A DNA stretch of 64,000 nt from an archaeon (lineage in GTDB: Archaea > Asgardarchaeota > Thorarchaeia > Thorarchaeales > Thorarchaeaceae): positions 27,323 to 91,322 of the forward strand of contig JAJRWI010000003.1 of assembly GCA_024276825.1 (NCBI GenBank), read 5' to 3'. Position numbers and translations under genes: made by a program. This document shows, in pieces, positions 20,223-29,906 of the stretch. Within the stretch, counting starts at the first letter, position 1. Every line of letters begins with the position of its first letter. The notes under the pieces are model-generated. The model had not been told where the DNA came from, did not search any database, and saw only the letters and a program-made list of their open reading frames with translations.

Positions 20223-21455
20223 TTAGAGCAGAGATTTCTCGAGTTCCTGTGTGAATTCATCAATGCCTTCAAGTTCATCTCTCTCAAATTTATCAAAGAA
20301 CTCCTCATGAAGTTTGTCAATGACTCCTTCTATAAATCGCTTCTTCCCCTTCTTTGGAAGGTTCTGTATAAATGTGTTCAATACTGTCAACCAGTCCTTA
20401 TGTATATCGTAGAGCTGATCTTGTTTGAGTCCATCATAGACTTTATATCCAAACTCAATCTTGTAATCGTTGTCCATCAAATGCAGATCTGCAGTTATTT
20501 CTGGCCTTTTCACTGCCCTTAGTACTATCTTTAGTGTGATAATCACTTGTTGTTTGGAGTAGACTTGTTCTGCCACCTCTAAAACAAGATTGAGGAGTTC
20601 TTTGGCCAGTAATATTCTCTTTCGCTCATGAGTGACTATCTCAATTGCCCTTTTTGATAGTAAAAAGTCTAATAGATCATAGGCATCCTTGGAGTGTTTT
20701 TGGAGTATCTCTTTGACAGTGGATCTTCCATCAAGGGATGAGAGGATATGTGGCATAATCTCTGTCAACTTGGGGGAGAATTGTTTCAATTGTTGATACT
20801 CGTCGGTGTGTTTCTGCAGAAACTTGTAGAAGGCATTGTTTGGAATGACAACATCGTTCATTTTCAGCATATGTCTGAATCTAATCAAACCAATAGCCCA
20901 AAGACGCGACATCTCCAAGATGACATCGTCTGCCTTAAGGCCTGATTTCTCTATAATCTCCTTGATTGTCCGCTTGCCATTGATTAGCTGTATTATCTTG
21001 TCATCTGCATACTCAGCACTGGCACTATCAAAATATGGAATCCACTCGAAAGACATTCCATGGATTCCAAGAGTTTCGATTACAACTTTTCTGAAGTCAT
21101 CATAGATACTCGAACTCACGGGTGCATCAATATCAACATACCAGTTTTCTTCAAAGTCATTCAACAGATTTCTGAGGCTTGTCATTAATGCATCATCAAT
21201 ATTGCCAGTACTCACAACCACCAGCATGACCTTGCTCCCAACAACGATTGTGAAGACACGCTCCCCATAGTCGATATTGAACTCTGTTGAACCCCTGTTT
21301 ACAAACTCAGCCGAGAATGTCTGGATGGCAAACAGAAAGCCTGAAACGAGGGCCGAGTCCACATCTACTGCCCTCGGATCCAGCTTCTGATGAAGGAGGG
21401 GGAGTCCAGTGTCATTTTGGATTATCAAGACAGACTCAAGATTGGCTCGTGGCAT
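20223..21455 (-). CDS. Longin-domain protein with tandem wHTH (NPRL2-like)
   Basis: N-terminal longin pattern (GLPLL...DSALVSGFLFAIQTF...FEE); IPYF...INGKRTIKEI...LWAIGLI and LDGRSTVKEI wHTH repeats. Confidence 0.7.
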   Translation of the reverse strand: MPRANLESVLIIQNDTGLPLLHQKLDPRAVDVDSALVSGFLFAIQTFSAEFVNRGSTEFNIDYGERVFTIVVGSKVMLVVVSTGNIDDALMTSLRNLLNDFEENWYVDIDAPVSSSIYDDFRKVVIETLGIHGMSFEWIPYFDSASAEYADDKIIQLINGKRTIKEIIEKSGLKADDVILEMSRLWAIGLIRFRHMLKMNDVVIPNNAFYKFLQKHTDEYQQLKQFSPKLTEIMPHILSSLDGRSTVKEILQKHSKDAYDLLDFLLSKRAIEIVTHERKRILLAKELLNLVLEVAEQVYSKQQVIITLKIVLRAVKRPEITADLHLMDNDYKIEFGYKVYDGLKQDQLYDIHKDWLTVLNTFIQNLPKKGKKRFIEGVIDKLHEEFFDKFERDELEGIDEFTQELEKSLL

Positions 21456-21619
21456 GATTAGACCTCTGGATAACTAGGTGCCTTGAAACACTCTGCTGAG
21501 GGATGCAGTCTCTCTGGTGTGATTTTCGATTCATTATGCTTTTGTTTGTTTCTCTAGTAGATGCGTTAGTGAACATCCATCAGGTTGTGCAGAAGTAGAT
21601 AAACTTATATGAATATTAT

Positions 21620-21646
21620 ACATTACTATGCATAATATAGTATTGT
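21620..21646. promoter_or_regulatory. Inverted repeat, probable PadR operator
   Basis: ACAT-TACTAT-GCATAAT-ATAGTA-TTGT just downstream of a TTATAT box and upstream of padR. Confidence 0.6.
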
Positions 21647-21680
21647 GTTTAACATATTAATGCCTTATGTGGTGTGAAAC

Positions 21681-22055
21681 ATGCGTGATGATAGGAAACG
21701 TGCACTTGAAGAGTTTGAGCGTTGGTCAAGGGAGATCAAAAAGGGTGCTGCTGCATTGGCAATACTTGCCACCTTAGAGAGAGGAAGCAATTATGGCTAT
21801 GAAATAGTCAAGAGTCTGGAACAATCTGGTGCGAAATTTTTAGCATTTGAAGAAGGCACAGTATATCCTCTCCTAAGAAGGCTTGAGAAGAAGAGGGGGC
21901 TTTTGAAGTCCGAATGGAATTATGATGATCCAACAAAGCCTAGAAAGTATTACACAATAACTCCAGCAGGTCTTGAGGCATTGAGTCTGATGCGCAGGAA
22001 ATGGTTTGAGATGTTTGAAGAGATGAATAGAATTCTTGTAGGTGATAAAAGATGA
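21681..22055 (+). CDS. PadR-family transcriptional regulator
   Basis: YGYEIV...EGTVYPLLRRLE...PRKYYTIT. Confidence 0.92.
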   Translation: MRDDRKRALEEFERWSREIKKGAAALAILATLERGSNYGYEIVKSLEQSGAKFLAFEEGTVYPLLRRLEKKRGLLKSEWNYDDPTKPRKYYTITPAGLEALSLMRRKWFEMFEEMNRILVGDKR

Positions 22056-23125
22056 ATGGAAACCCCGATAGTCTGATTGAAGAGTATTTGGAGCGCGTGA
22101 GAGTATATCTGCCAATGAACTGTGAGGAAATTCTTGCAGAGATCCGCACTCATATAATTGAGGCAGCCGAGGAGTTGGGCTCTGGCAGAGTTACACCTGG
22201 ATCTGTTATTCTCGCAATTGAAAGGCTTGGTGACCCAAAGATCGTTGCCAGCGAGTACGCAGGCACAGGAGAGAGAGTTGGACCGATTCCTGTTGAGTAC
22301 AAACTCCCACTAGTACGCACTATCACTGTTGTTGTTGCTATCTCTATTGCATTCATTCTGGGGGGGGCAGTTGTCTATGATACTGCCTTGAGCATGGGAG
22401 TCGATATTCTTGCTGTGTTTCAGATGTTCGTTATTTCAACAGTGGCCTCGTTTCTTGTGATAATATTAATCATCGTCCTAGCATTCTCAACCCATAAGCC
22501 AATGATTACAAAAAAGACCTTTGTTGAGCATGCTTTCAGTTTTGGAGTCAAAGGATTCAAGCCAAAGGCAAGACATGACGCAGTTCTTGAGATGGCAGGT
22601 GGATCAATATTTGCAATGGTGTTTTTACTACCGCAGGTTCAAGCACTTTTTTCGCCAATCTTTCGACAGCTCATCCCTATAGCCATAGTATTGAGTGTAG
22701 CACTAGCAATCAAGGGAGGTTTCTTTGTAATTGCAGGAGAGAACACTCTAAACCTTATCACTGAGGGCATTGTTGAAGTCGCAAGTGTTGCCTTTGCCAT
22801 CACAATCCTCAATATTGGCTGGCCTTTGGACTACTGGCCAGTCGTGAGTGATGGGACTTGGACCTTGATTAATATCGAGGAGTTTCTTTTCAGCCATGGT
22901 ATCGAATTCAGCCTGTTTAATGGACTATGGGTCATGATCATTTTTGTGGTGATAGTCACGGACACATGGCGAGTAATTGTCGCCTCATTGAAGGCCACCG
23001 CATATATCCGTAATGGCAAGGGACTCTGGTGGAAGAGAGAACATCATATGCGTCGCTACCAACGACTGAAACCACATTGGTGGGAGCGAAAATCAAAGAC
23101 TGCCTCTTCAAAGCCCCCTGATTAG
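22052..23125 (+). CDS. PadR-associated membrane protein (N-terminal HAAS-like domain plus TMs)
   Basis: IEEYL...EIRTHI...AIERLGDPK; multiple TMs; ATGA coupling. Confidence 0.75.
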   Translation: MNGNPDSLIEEYLERVRVYLPMNCEEILAEIRTHIIEAAEELGSGRVTPGSVILAIERLGDPKIVASEYAGTGERVGPIPVEYKLPLVRTITVVVAISIAFILGGAVVYDTALSMGVDILAVFQMFVISTVASFLVIILIIVLAFSTHKPMITKKTFVEHAFSFGVKGFKPKARHDAVLEMAGGSIFAMVFLLPQVQALFSPIFRQLIPIAIVLSVALAIKGGFFVIAGENTLNLITEGIVEVASVAFAITILNIGWPLDYWPVVSDGTWTLINIEEFLFSHGIEFSLFNGLWVMIIFVVIVTDTWRVIVASLKATAYIRNGKGLWWKREHHMRRYQRLKPHWWERKSKTASSKPPD

Positions 23126-23236
23126 TAAGGACTGAAGAACATGACAAGGCGGCCTGAACCGTAAAGTTCGTTCAGGTCGTCAGGTTTTTATGGATACTGT
23201 TCGAGATCGAAGTAGCATTAAACGAGGAATGAAAAT

Positions 23237-23401
23237 ATGCCCGGATCACACGGTTCACTGACAAAGGCAGGTAAGGTCCGTGAGTCAACCCCAAAAGTTC
23301 AGGGTAGGGAGCGACACACACCAATTCCAAGAGTTCGAAACAAGAGAAATTACGTGAAGCGATTCGTAAAGGGCAAGATTGCAGGTCAGGCAGGCCGCTG
23401 A
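23237..23401 (+). CDS. rps30e: Ribosomal protein eS30 (not in ORF track, 54 aa)
   Basis: Hand translation: [54 protein letters not shown]. Confidence 0.95.
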   Translation: MPGSHGSLTKAGKVRESTPKVQGRERHTPIPRVRNKRNYVKRFVKGKIAGQAGR

Positions 23402-23411
23402 TTGTATTGCT

Positions 23412-24230
23412 CTAAAAGAGTTTCTTTATCCCCATCGAGTTTCGGCGATAAGCACCAAACTCATCCAATCTACTGAGCTTTTCTCCTGAGAAAACTGGAC
23501 CAGTCACGCAGACAAGGTCACCAGTTGGGTCCATTGCGCAGCTTCCGCAAATACCGCACCCACACTTCATGAACCTCTCAAGAGAGACTTCAATTCTTGT
23601 GTCATGATCTACTGCAAGCGTATATACATGCTTCATCATGAGCTCTGGACCACAAGTATATATCATATCGAACTTGTTCTGTTTCAATACTCCCTCAGCA
23701 ATCTCCGTGGCAAGGGCCTTGTGCCCCAATGATCCATCATCAGTTGCCACAATCACATCAATGCCTTTGATCTTTGATAGTTCTTTGTTAAATAGTAGGC
23801 TGTTCTTGGTCTTAGCAGCAACAATCACAGTTACATCAGCATTGTTCTTGATCAGCTCGTGAATGAGAGGTTTCAGAGATGCCATGCCGCTTCCGCCCCC
23901 AATAACCAGCACCCTACCAGAAACTACCAAGAACCCCCTTCCAAATGGCCCACGGATACCAATCCAGTCACCCTTTTTGAGTGCGGCAAGTGCATTTGTC
24001 GCAGGTCCAACAGGAACTACTGTGAACCCAAGATGTTCATCAGTGATCACCGATACACTCATGGGAATCTCATCAACACCAGGGACCCATATCATGAGAA
24101 ACTGGCCAGGTCTAGGGCCATTGTTTCCATATATGTTTTCGAACAGCAGGGTTCTCGCATTATCATTCTCTTGAATATTCCGCGAGATTCTCACAGATAC
24201 GGGGTGCCCCAAAAGACTTTCAATGTCCAT
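23412..24230 (-). CDS. pyrK: Dihydroorotate dehydrogenase electron transfer subunit
   Basis: PGQFLMIW, RGPFG, CGP, MKCGCGICGSC [2Fe-2S]. Confidence 0.92.
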   Translation of the reverse strand: MDIESLLGHPVSVRISRNIQENDNARTLLFENIYGNNGPRPGQFLMIWVPGVDEIPMSVSVITDEHLGFTVVPVGPATNALAALKKGDWIGIRGPFGRGFLVVSGRVLVIGGGSGMASLKPLIHELIKNNADVTVIVAAKTKNSLLFNKELSKIKGIDVIVATDDGSLGHKALATEIAEGVLKQNKFDMIYTCGPELMMKHVYTLAVDHDTRIEVSLERFMKCGCGICGSCAMDPTGDLVCVTGPVFSGEKLSRLDEFGAYRRNSMGIKKLF

Positions 24231-25101
24231 TTCGACTCCTCCATGCTGCACCAATGATGTCTTGGACACTCTTGAAACCCTGTTCATCCAAGTATCTTGC
24301 AACCCCATTCTTTATCTTGGTGAACACGTCGGTCCCCTGCAACAGTGCTGTGCCAATCTGTATCGCGCTTGCTCCTGCCAGATGCATCTCTACTGCATCC
24401 ATCCATGAGGTCACCCCCCCAACCCCAATTATCGGTATTGAGAGAGCACCAGAGAGGTCATAGACACAACGGACCGCAATGGGAAACACGGGTGGCCCTG
24501 AAAGGCCCCCCACCAGATTGCCAAGAACTGGTCTTTTCTGATATATGTCAATCTTCATCGCTCTGAGTGTATTTATTGCAACTACTGCATCAGCACCCGC
24601 CTCCTCTGCTGCAATACCCACTGAAACATAATCAGATGCATTTGGGGTAATCTTTGCAAACAGGGGGCAGTCAACAATATCCTTTACCGTACTTACAAAC
24701 TCAAATGTCATGTTGGGATCATGTGCGATCTGACCTATCTGGGCATGTGGGCAGGACAGATTCAACTCGATGGCGTCTGGATTAAGATGAACTGCCCTTT
24801 CTGCCACTGCCGAAGCCTCTTCTATTGTGTTTCCAAAGATGCTGAGAACAATTGGGACATTGAACTCATGTAGGTTGCCCATTTCCTCGGCAAAGTTGTC
24901 GATTCCGGGATTTGTCAGACCCACTGCATTCAAGAGACCACCATGCGAATGTGTGATGATCGGACCATGATGCCCCTTTCTTGGAGATAGGCCTACAGAT
25001 TTTGTCACTATAGCATCTGCGCCTGATGCTGCCACTTTTCGGATAATGGACCTTGTCACACCCAGAATTCCTGATGCCAGCCAATATCCCTGAATCTTCA
25101 A
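24220..25101 (-). CDS. pyrD: Dihydroorotate dehydrogenase (family 1B)
   Basis: LNAVGLTNPG, ELNLSCPH, GGLSG, IIGVGG. Confidence 0.93.
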   Translation of the reverse strand: MKIQGYWLASGILGVTRSIIRKVAASGADAIVTKSVGLSPRKGHHGPIITHSHGGLLNAVGLTNPGIDNFAEEMGNLHEFNVPIVLSIFGNTIEEASAVAERAVHLNPDAIELNLSCPHAQIGQIAHDPNMTFEFVSTVKDIVDCPLFAKITPNASDYVSVGIAAEEAGADAVVAINTLRAMKIDIYQKRPVLGNLVGGLSGPPVFPIAVRCVYDLSGALSIPIIGVGGVTSWMDAVEMHLAGASAIQIGTALLQGTDVFTKIKNGVARYLDEQGFKSVQDIIGAAWRSRNGH

Positions 25102-25253
25102 TGTTTCACCTAGAACTCCTCAATCACTGGTTGGTAATAAGGTCAATGGCATTACATTTATGGTGTATGAGGGAGCATTTCTGATTGCTATTATATCTGA
25201 TTCGCATAACTTTTTACCTCTGCAATACCTCTGGAGATTGGAGGCAATACTCT

Positions 25254-26477
25254 GTGCCATTGTACATAACACATTGTGCATTTGGAATATTCATACTAGA
25301 TGAGAATGACCAAGTCATTCTAAAGCATTTGACATATCCAGATGTGGAAACAACTGTTGAATACCTAGATGCAGTAAGCCAGAATGTTCCCATACCTGAG
25401 CTGAAGGAGATCATCGGTCAGACAGGCTCGGAGGAGATTGTTGCTGATAACAGGTCATTGGCCCGCCTGATCTCACAACTCAGTTCAATTCCTGTTCGTT
25501 ATGATTCACGTCCCACTCAGACCAAGATGTTCAGGTCAACAATCGAAACCTATCTGATCAAGGACAAGATTATTGAGAGGCCTGAGGAGGCCCAGCACTT
25601 TCTAAGAGAGGTTGCAATCAGTCTGGCCAAGAGAACAATAATCTCTGCAAGCGAGGAACGCGACATTCTAGTTAAACAGGCCATTGATGCTATTGATGAG
25701 ATTGACAAAACACTAAATGCTCTCTCCATGAAGCTCAAGGAGTGGTATTCACTTCATCATCCTTCACTCAGCAAGATTGTCGATGATAATGAAACCTATG
25801 CCAAGATTGTGAGTCTTGGGGGAAAGCAGAGGATTTCAGAGGAGGCGTTAAGAAGTGCAGGGCTGTCGCCCATATTGGCTCAGAAGATTCTCACTGATAT
25901 GGAAAATGATGCTGGCGCAGAGTTCACCCCTTCGGACTTGGGCACAATGAAGGGACTCGCCAAAAGGATTGTCGGACTGTATGAGTTTCGTCATGACCTT
26001 GAGGATTATGTCACTAGTCTCATGCAGGTGGTCGCACCAAACATCTCATCACTGGTCAGACCTATGGTCGGTGCACGGCTCATAAGCATGGCTGGATCTT
26101 TAAGAGAACTTGCTCGAAAGCCATCATCCACAATTCAGGTGTTTGGGGCAGAGCGTGCCCTGTTTCGAAGCTTGAAGACAGGTGCAGACCCACCAAAGCA
26201 CGGGGTGATTTACCAGTCCCCCGAGGTCCATACTGCTCCATATTGGCAGCGTGGCAAGATTGCCAGAGCCCTTGCAAGTGCTCTATCCATTGCTTCAAGG
26301 ATTGATGCTTATTCGGACCGTGATCTAGGTGACTATCTGAGAGAGAAGCTTGAAAGGAGGATTTTGGAGATCAAACAGCAAAATCCTGATGCACCACCAC
26401 CAAAACAAAAAAGCAAGCCTAGAAGACCTCAGCGTAAAGGGGCCAAGCGCAAGCGGCGCGGCGGGAGGAGGAGATAG
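25254..26477 (+). CDS. nop5: Box C/D RNP protein Nop5 (Nop56/58)
   Basis: EWYSLH, APN, STIQVFGAERALF, PPKHGVIY, RGKIAR. Confidence 0.93.
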   Translation: MPLYITHCAFGIFILDENDQVILKHLTYPDVETTVEYLDAVSQNVPIPELKEIIGQTGSEEIVADNRSLARLISQLSSIPVRYDSRPTQTKMFRSTIETYLIKDKIIERPEEAQHFLREVAISLAKRTIISASEERDILVKQAIDAIDEIDKTLNALSMKLKEWYSLHHPSLSKIVDDNETYAKIVSLGGKQRISEEALRSAGLSPILAQKILTDMENDAGAEFTPSDLGTMKGLAKRIVGLYEFRHDLEDYVTSLMQVVAPNISSLVRPMVGARLISMAGSLRELARKPSSTIQVFGAERALFRSLKTGADPPKHGVIYQSPEVHTAPYWQRGKIARALASALSIASRIDAYSDRDLGDYLREKLERRILEIKQQNPDAPPPKQKSKPRRPQRKGAKRKRRGGRRR

Positions 26478-27175
26478 TGACTCAGGTACAGCCACACAGG
26501 TTCACAGGAGTTTTTCTGATCACTGATGATGCTCGTACATCATTAGCAACAAAGACCCTGATTCCAGGGCAGTCCGTTTATGGAGAAAAATTGATTCGTC
26601 AAGGAGATGGGGAGTATCGGTTATGGTCACCAAGACGATCCAAACTTGCTGCTGCTATTCAGAAGAATATGTCCTCGATGCCCATACAACAAGGGTCAAG
26701 GGTGTTATATCTTGGTGCTTCATCGGGCACAACCGTCAGTCATGTATCAGACATTATTGGTGAAAAGGGGGTTGTGTACGCGGTCGAGTTCTCACCCCGA
26801 GTGGGTCGTGAGTTGGTCGGACTTGCAGAAACACGAACGAACATCATCCCCATTATTGCTGATGCTCGACATCCGGAGAGGTATTCATCACTTGTTCTAG
26901 GTCCCATTGATGTGGTGTATCAGGACGTGGCTCAGCCGGACCAAGCAAGAATATTTGTTGAGAACATTAGGCACTTCAGCTCCTTCGGTTGCTGGGGCCT
27001 GTTTGCAATCAAGGCCCGAAGCATAGATTCAACAACTTCAGTGGAGGACATCTATAAGAGTGAAATGGCATTCTTAAATGAGCATGGTGTGCAAGTGGTT
27101 GAAGTAACAGATCTTGACCCATTAGAGAAGGATCATGTGATGGTCCTTTGTAGAGTATCGGAGGGCTTTAAGTGA
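26477..27175 (+). CDS. flpA: Fibrillarin
   Basis: VYGEK, RSKLAA, VLYLGASSGTTVSH, YQDVAQPDQ. Confidence 0.95.
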   Translation: MTQVQPHRFTGVFLITDDARTSLATKTLIPGQSVYGEKLIRQGDGEYRLWSPRRSKLAAAIQKNMSSMPIQQGSRVLYLGASSGTTVSHVSDIIGEKGVVYAVEFSPRVGRELVGLAETRTNIIPIIADARHPERYSSLVLGPIDVVYQDVAQPDQARIFVENIRHFSSFGCWGLFAIKARSIDSTTSVEDIYKSEMAFLNEHGVQVVEVTDLDPLEKDHVMVLCRVSEGFK

Positions 27176-27648
27176 GTTCATTTATTGAACGCATGATCGA
27201 GAGAGATATTGAGTCCATTAATGACCATCTTCCAACAGAGCGGGTGCCCCTTAGTGAACTGTTTGAGTCAAAAGATAAAGCATACAGGACAAAGAAGGGA
27301 GAGCCTTCAGTCATTCGTGACAGTGAGATTAAGATGATAATGGAACACACACCACTGGAATACCATGGTCATGTTCGGCTCCCAATTGTACTACTTCGTC
27401 GGATCGACTTGGGCCCTGGTATCTACTCAATATCTGGGACCAAGGTTGAACTCTTCCTGATACATCATCTCATAGACAAAGAGATAGGGGGAAATGGACT
27501 TGATTGGGGCAGAATCTCAGAATGGACTCCTCAAGAACGTATTGTGCGCCCGCAGGTGCAAGTCATTCGAAGAATATTGCCCTCCGCCACCTGCATAGGC
27601 TTTGCCACACTAACAAAGACTCGTAAGAAGCATGATAGTTCTGACTGA
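27172..27648 (+). CDS. DUF61/UPF0216 family protein
   Basis: INDHLP.ER..L.EL, VRLPI; usual position after fibrillarin. Confidence 0.7.
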   Translation: MSSFIERMIERDIESINDHLPTERVPLSELFESKDKAYRTKKGEPSVIRDSEIKMIMEHTPLEYHGHVRLPIVLLRRIDLGPGIYSISGTKVELFLIHHLIDKEIGGNGLDWGRISEWTPQERIVRPQVQVIRRILPSATCIGFATLTKTRKKHDSSD

Positions 27649-27714
27649 TAGTGTTATATTCCACAAAGCAAATCTCAAAAGCATATTTGTGGAAGAACAC
27701 AGTGGTAATAAAGG

Positions 27715-28677
27715 ATGACGAAAGCAAGAACCAAGCTGCTAGATGAGGTCATATCCAATCTAGAGGATGCTGGGTTTGAGCTGTCATCGAAATGTGATGT
27801 GCGCCCCACATGCTTTGACCTTGTTGCTAGAAAGGATGACAAACTAATATTGATCAAGGTGCTTGATAATGTTGGAGCCCTAACAAGGGAGGACGCCATT
27901 ACGCTCCAGCTTGTGGCACACTTTTTCAATGCCACCCCATTAATCATTGGTCGTAAGACAAGTAGAGGACCCTTGATGGAGGGTGTTGTTTACAAGAGAT
28001 ACGGGGTTTCGGCAATTGCACCGTCAAGTTTTGTGAGAATGATACATGAGGAACAGATGCCTCGCGTATTCAGTCAAAGGGGTGGACGGCTTGTGGTGAT
28101 TAATGGTGAGCGCCTGAGAGAAGCACGTCTGTCTAAGAGCATGACACAGGAGGAGCTTGCAGGCTATGTGAGGGTTTCAGCGCGTGTGATTCTCGCCTAT
28201 GAGCATAGTGAGATGGACGCCAGCATTGATGTGGCACAGGAGCTCGAACGGGTCTTAGAAACAGACCTGATAATTCCAATCGATCTGATGAGCAGAACTG
28301 TCACTCAAGAGCCAGTTGCAACCCCGCAGGTTTCGGACAATATCTCACATCTCGAACAAAGAGTTAACGAGTTTTTCGAGAAACTTGGCATGAGGGTCTT
28401 ATGGACTGATAGGGCACCATTCCATGTGGCTGCGAAGGAGAAGAGTCGTCCACTGATATCGGGAGTCGGATCATTAAAGAGTTGGACTCTGAAAAAGCGC
28501 ATTGATATACTCCGTAGTGTGTCAGATGTCACCAAATCCGATGCAGTGCTAATTGTGGAGGAGGGAATGGCTCAAGAGTCTGTTGCAGACCTCCCTGTGA
28601 TACGACAGGTCGAGCTTGAAGAGATTGACAAGTCACAGGAACTACGAAAGATAATCGCTGAGCGTTCTGGGCAGTGA
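27715..28677 (+). CDS. Archaeal HTH transcriptional regulator (COG1395-like)
   Basis: CFDLVAR..LILIKVL.N, RGG..V.INGE.LREAR, HTH TQEELA. Confidence 0.85.
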   Translation: MTKARTKLLDEVISNLEDAGFELSSKCDVRPTCFDLVARKDDKLILIKVLDNVGALTREDAITLQLVAHFFNATPLIIGRKTSRGPLMEGVVYKRYGVSAIAPSSFVRMIHEEQMPRVFSQRGGRLVVINGERLREARLSKSMTQEELAGYVRVSARVILAYEHSEMDASIDVAQELERVLETDLIIPIDLMSRTVTQEPVATPQVSDNISHLEQRVNEFFEKLGMRVLWTDRAPFHVAAKEKSRPLISGVGSLKSWTLKKRIDILRSVSDVTKSDAVLIVEEGMAQESVADLPVIRQVELEEIDKSQELRKIIAERSGQ

Positions 28678-28867
28678 ACTTCAGAGATGGAAAAGTTGTG
28701 CAAAGTTGTCATACTGGTCAGAATTGGAGTCGCGATCAAAAGAATGGGTGTGTTCACATTCACTCTCAAGACACCCGGCGGGTGGTGACACTTTTGGGGG
28801 AAGATCTGAACGCATGATCCTTGTATAGATAAGCTCATCTTCCAATGACAGGTTTGAATGAGTTCAG
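28675..28867. repeat. Dispersed structured intergenic element, copy A
   Basis: Hand alignment gives 122/157 identical nt to 33490-33646, plus a 31-nt insertion. Confidence 0.85.
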
Positions 28868-28881
28868 GTTGTTAGTGACAT

Positions 28882-29574
28882 CTAGAAGTTGTCAAGGCCC
28901 ATCTGACCAGATCTCATCTCATCTTGAATTCTCTTTATTGATGCCCATGATTTTCGAACAAAACTAGGAAGTTCTCCTTCTTCGCTCAACAGTTGTCGTA
29001 TGAAGGCGATGGACTTGGGGTCTGATGGATATCCGGAACCAAAGTCCCCGTAGCGGTCGTATAGGTCAGCGACTCTAGCATCACGTTCAACTTTTGCAAT
29101 GATTGCAGCAGCTGATACCACAGGGTACCTGGCATCTGCCTTATGTTCGGATATGAATCGTGTTCCAAGGGAAGCAAGACCACTCTTCTCTGCCACCAGA
29201 CGACCAAATCGTTCGGCATTAACATCGGCAGCATCCATGTATACCTCTTCTGGCTTGAGTTCCTTGACAATAAAGGCGAAGTTGATGGTTTCAATCTCGT
29301 TCATTGTGTACCCACTCTTCCTCAGAGCGTCAATCTCTGCTGCTGTTATTGTCTTAATCTCTATCCTTGCTGCCAGCCTTCGAATTGATTTGTCCAAGTT
29401 TCTACGGCGTTTGGGTGATAGTACTTTAGAGTCCCTAAGCCCTAAAGATTCCAACCTCTTGATGTCCCCCTTCTCAAACAACACACCACAGATTATCATA
29501 GGACCAATCATGGGGCCCCTGCCAGCCTCATCAAGACCTGCAACTCCCCTGATCCTAGTGTTCTTGGAACTCAT
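28882..29574 (-). CDS. rnhB: Ribonuclease HII
   Basis: GLDEAGRGP, DSK, HKAD, GSGYPSDP; C-terminal PIP-like QMGLDNF. Confidence 0.95.
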   Translation of the reverse strand: MSSKNTRIRGVAGLDEAGRGPMIGPMIICGVLFEKGDIKRLESLGLRDSKVLSPKRRRNLDKSIRRLAARIEIKTITAAEIDALRKSGYTMNEIETINFAFIVKELKPEEVYMDAADVNAERFGRLVAEKSGLASLGTRFISEHKADARYPVVSAAAIIAKVERDARVADLYDRYGDFGSGYPSDPKSIAFIRQLLSEEGELPSFVRKSWASIKRIQDEMRSGQMGLDNF

Positions 29575-29675
29575 GGCTATAATAATATTGGCAGCTCCTT
29601 ATTAACCAAGTCGAAACCTTCATATCGGAAAAATTAATGTGCACGTTAGGTTGCAAGGCCAGAAACACAGGCTTT

Positions 29676-29812
29676 GGGGACGTGGCCTAGTTGGCATGGC
29701 GACGGGCTCCAGATCTTATGATTCACGGGGTCATATCAGTAGAGACTCGTCGATCGTGGGTTCGAGACCCACTCACACTCCGTGATGGGTGAAAATCCCA
29801 CCGTCCCCACCA
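29676..29812 (+). tRNA. trnW: tRNA-Trp(CCA) with two introns (29713-29744 at 37/38; 29767-29795 at 59/60)
   Basis: GGGGACG/CGTCCCC acceptor, ACGGG/CTCGT anticodon stem, GTGGG/CCCAC T stem, encoded CCA; BHB-like motifs. Confidence 0.88.
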
Positions 29813-29906
29813 TTGCCTGCTACTATTTCTAGAGATGTTGCCTAATTGCTTATATCACAAGTCCTTTTTTACTTCATGCCATCTATTATTTGGGAGATTT
29901 TCTTCA

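Noticed and set aside
29718-29728. 11-nt match (ATGATTCACGG) between the reverse-complemented mini-array spacer and the tRNA-Trp intron
   Set aside because: An 11-mer match is expected by chance in 128 kb of two-strand sequence, and it does not extend
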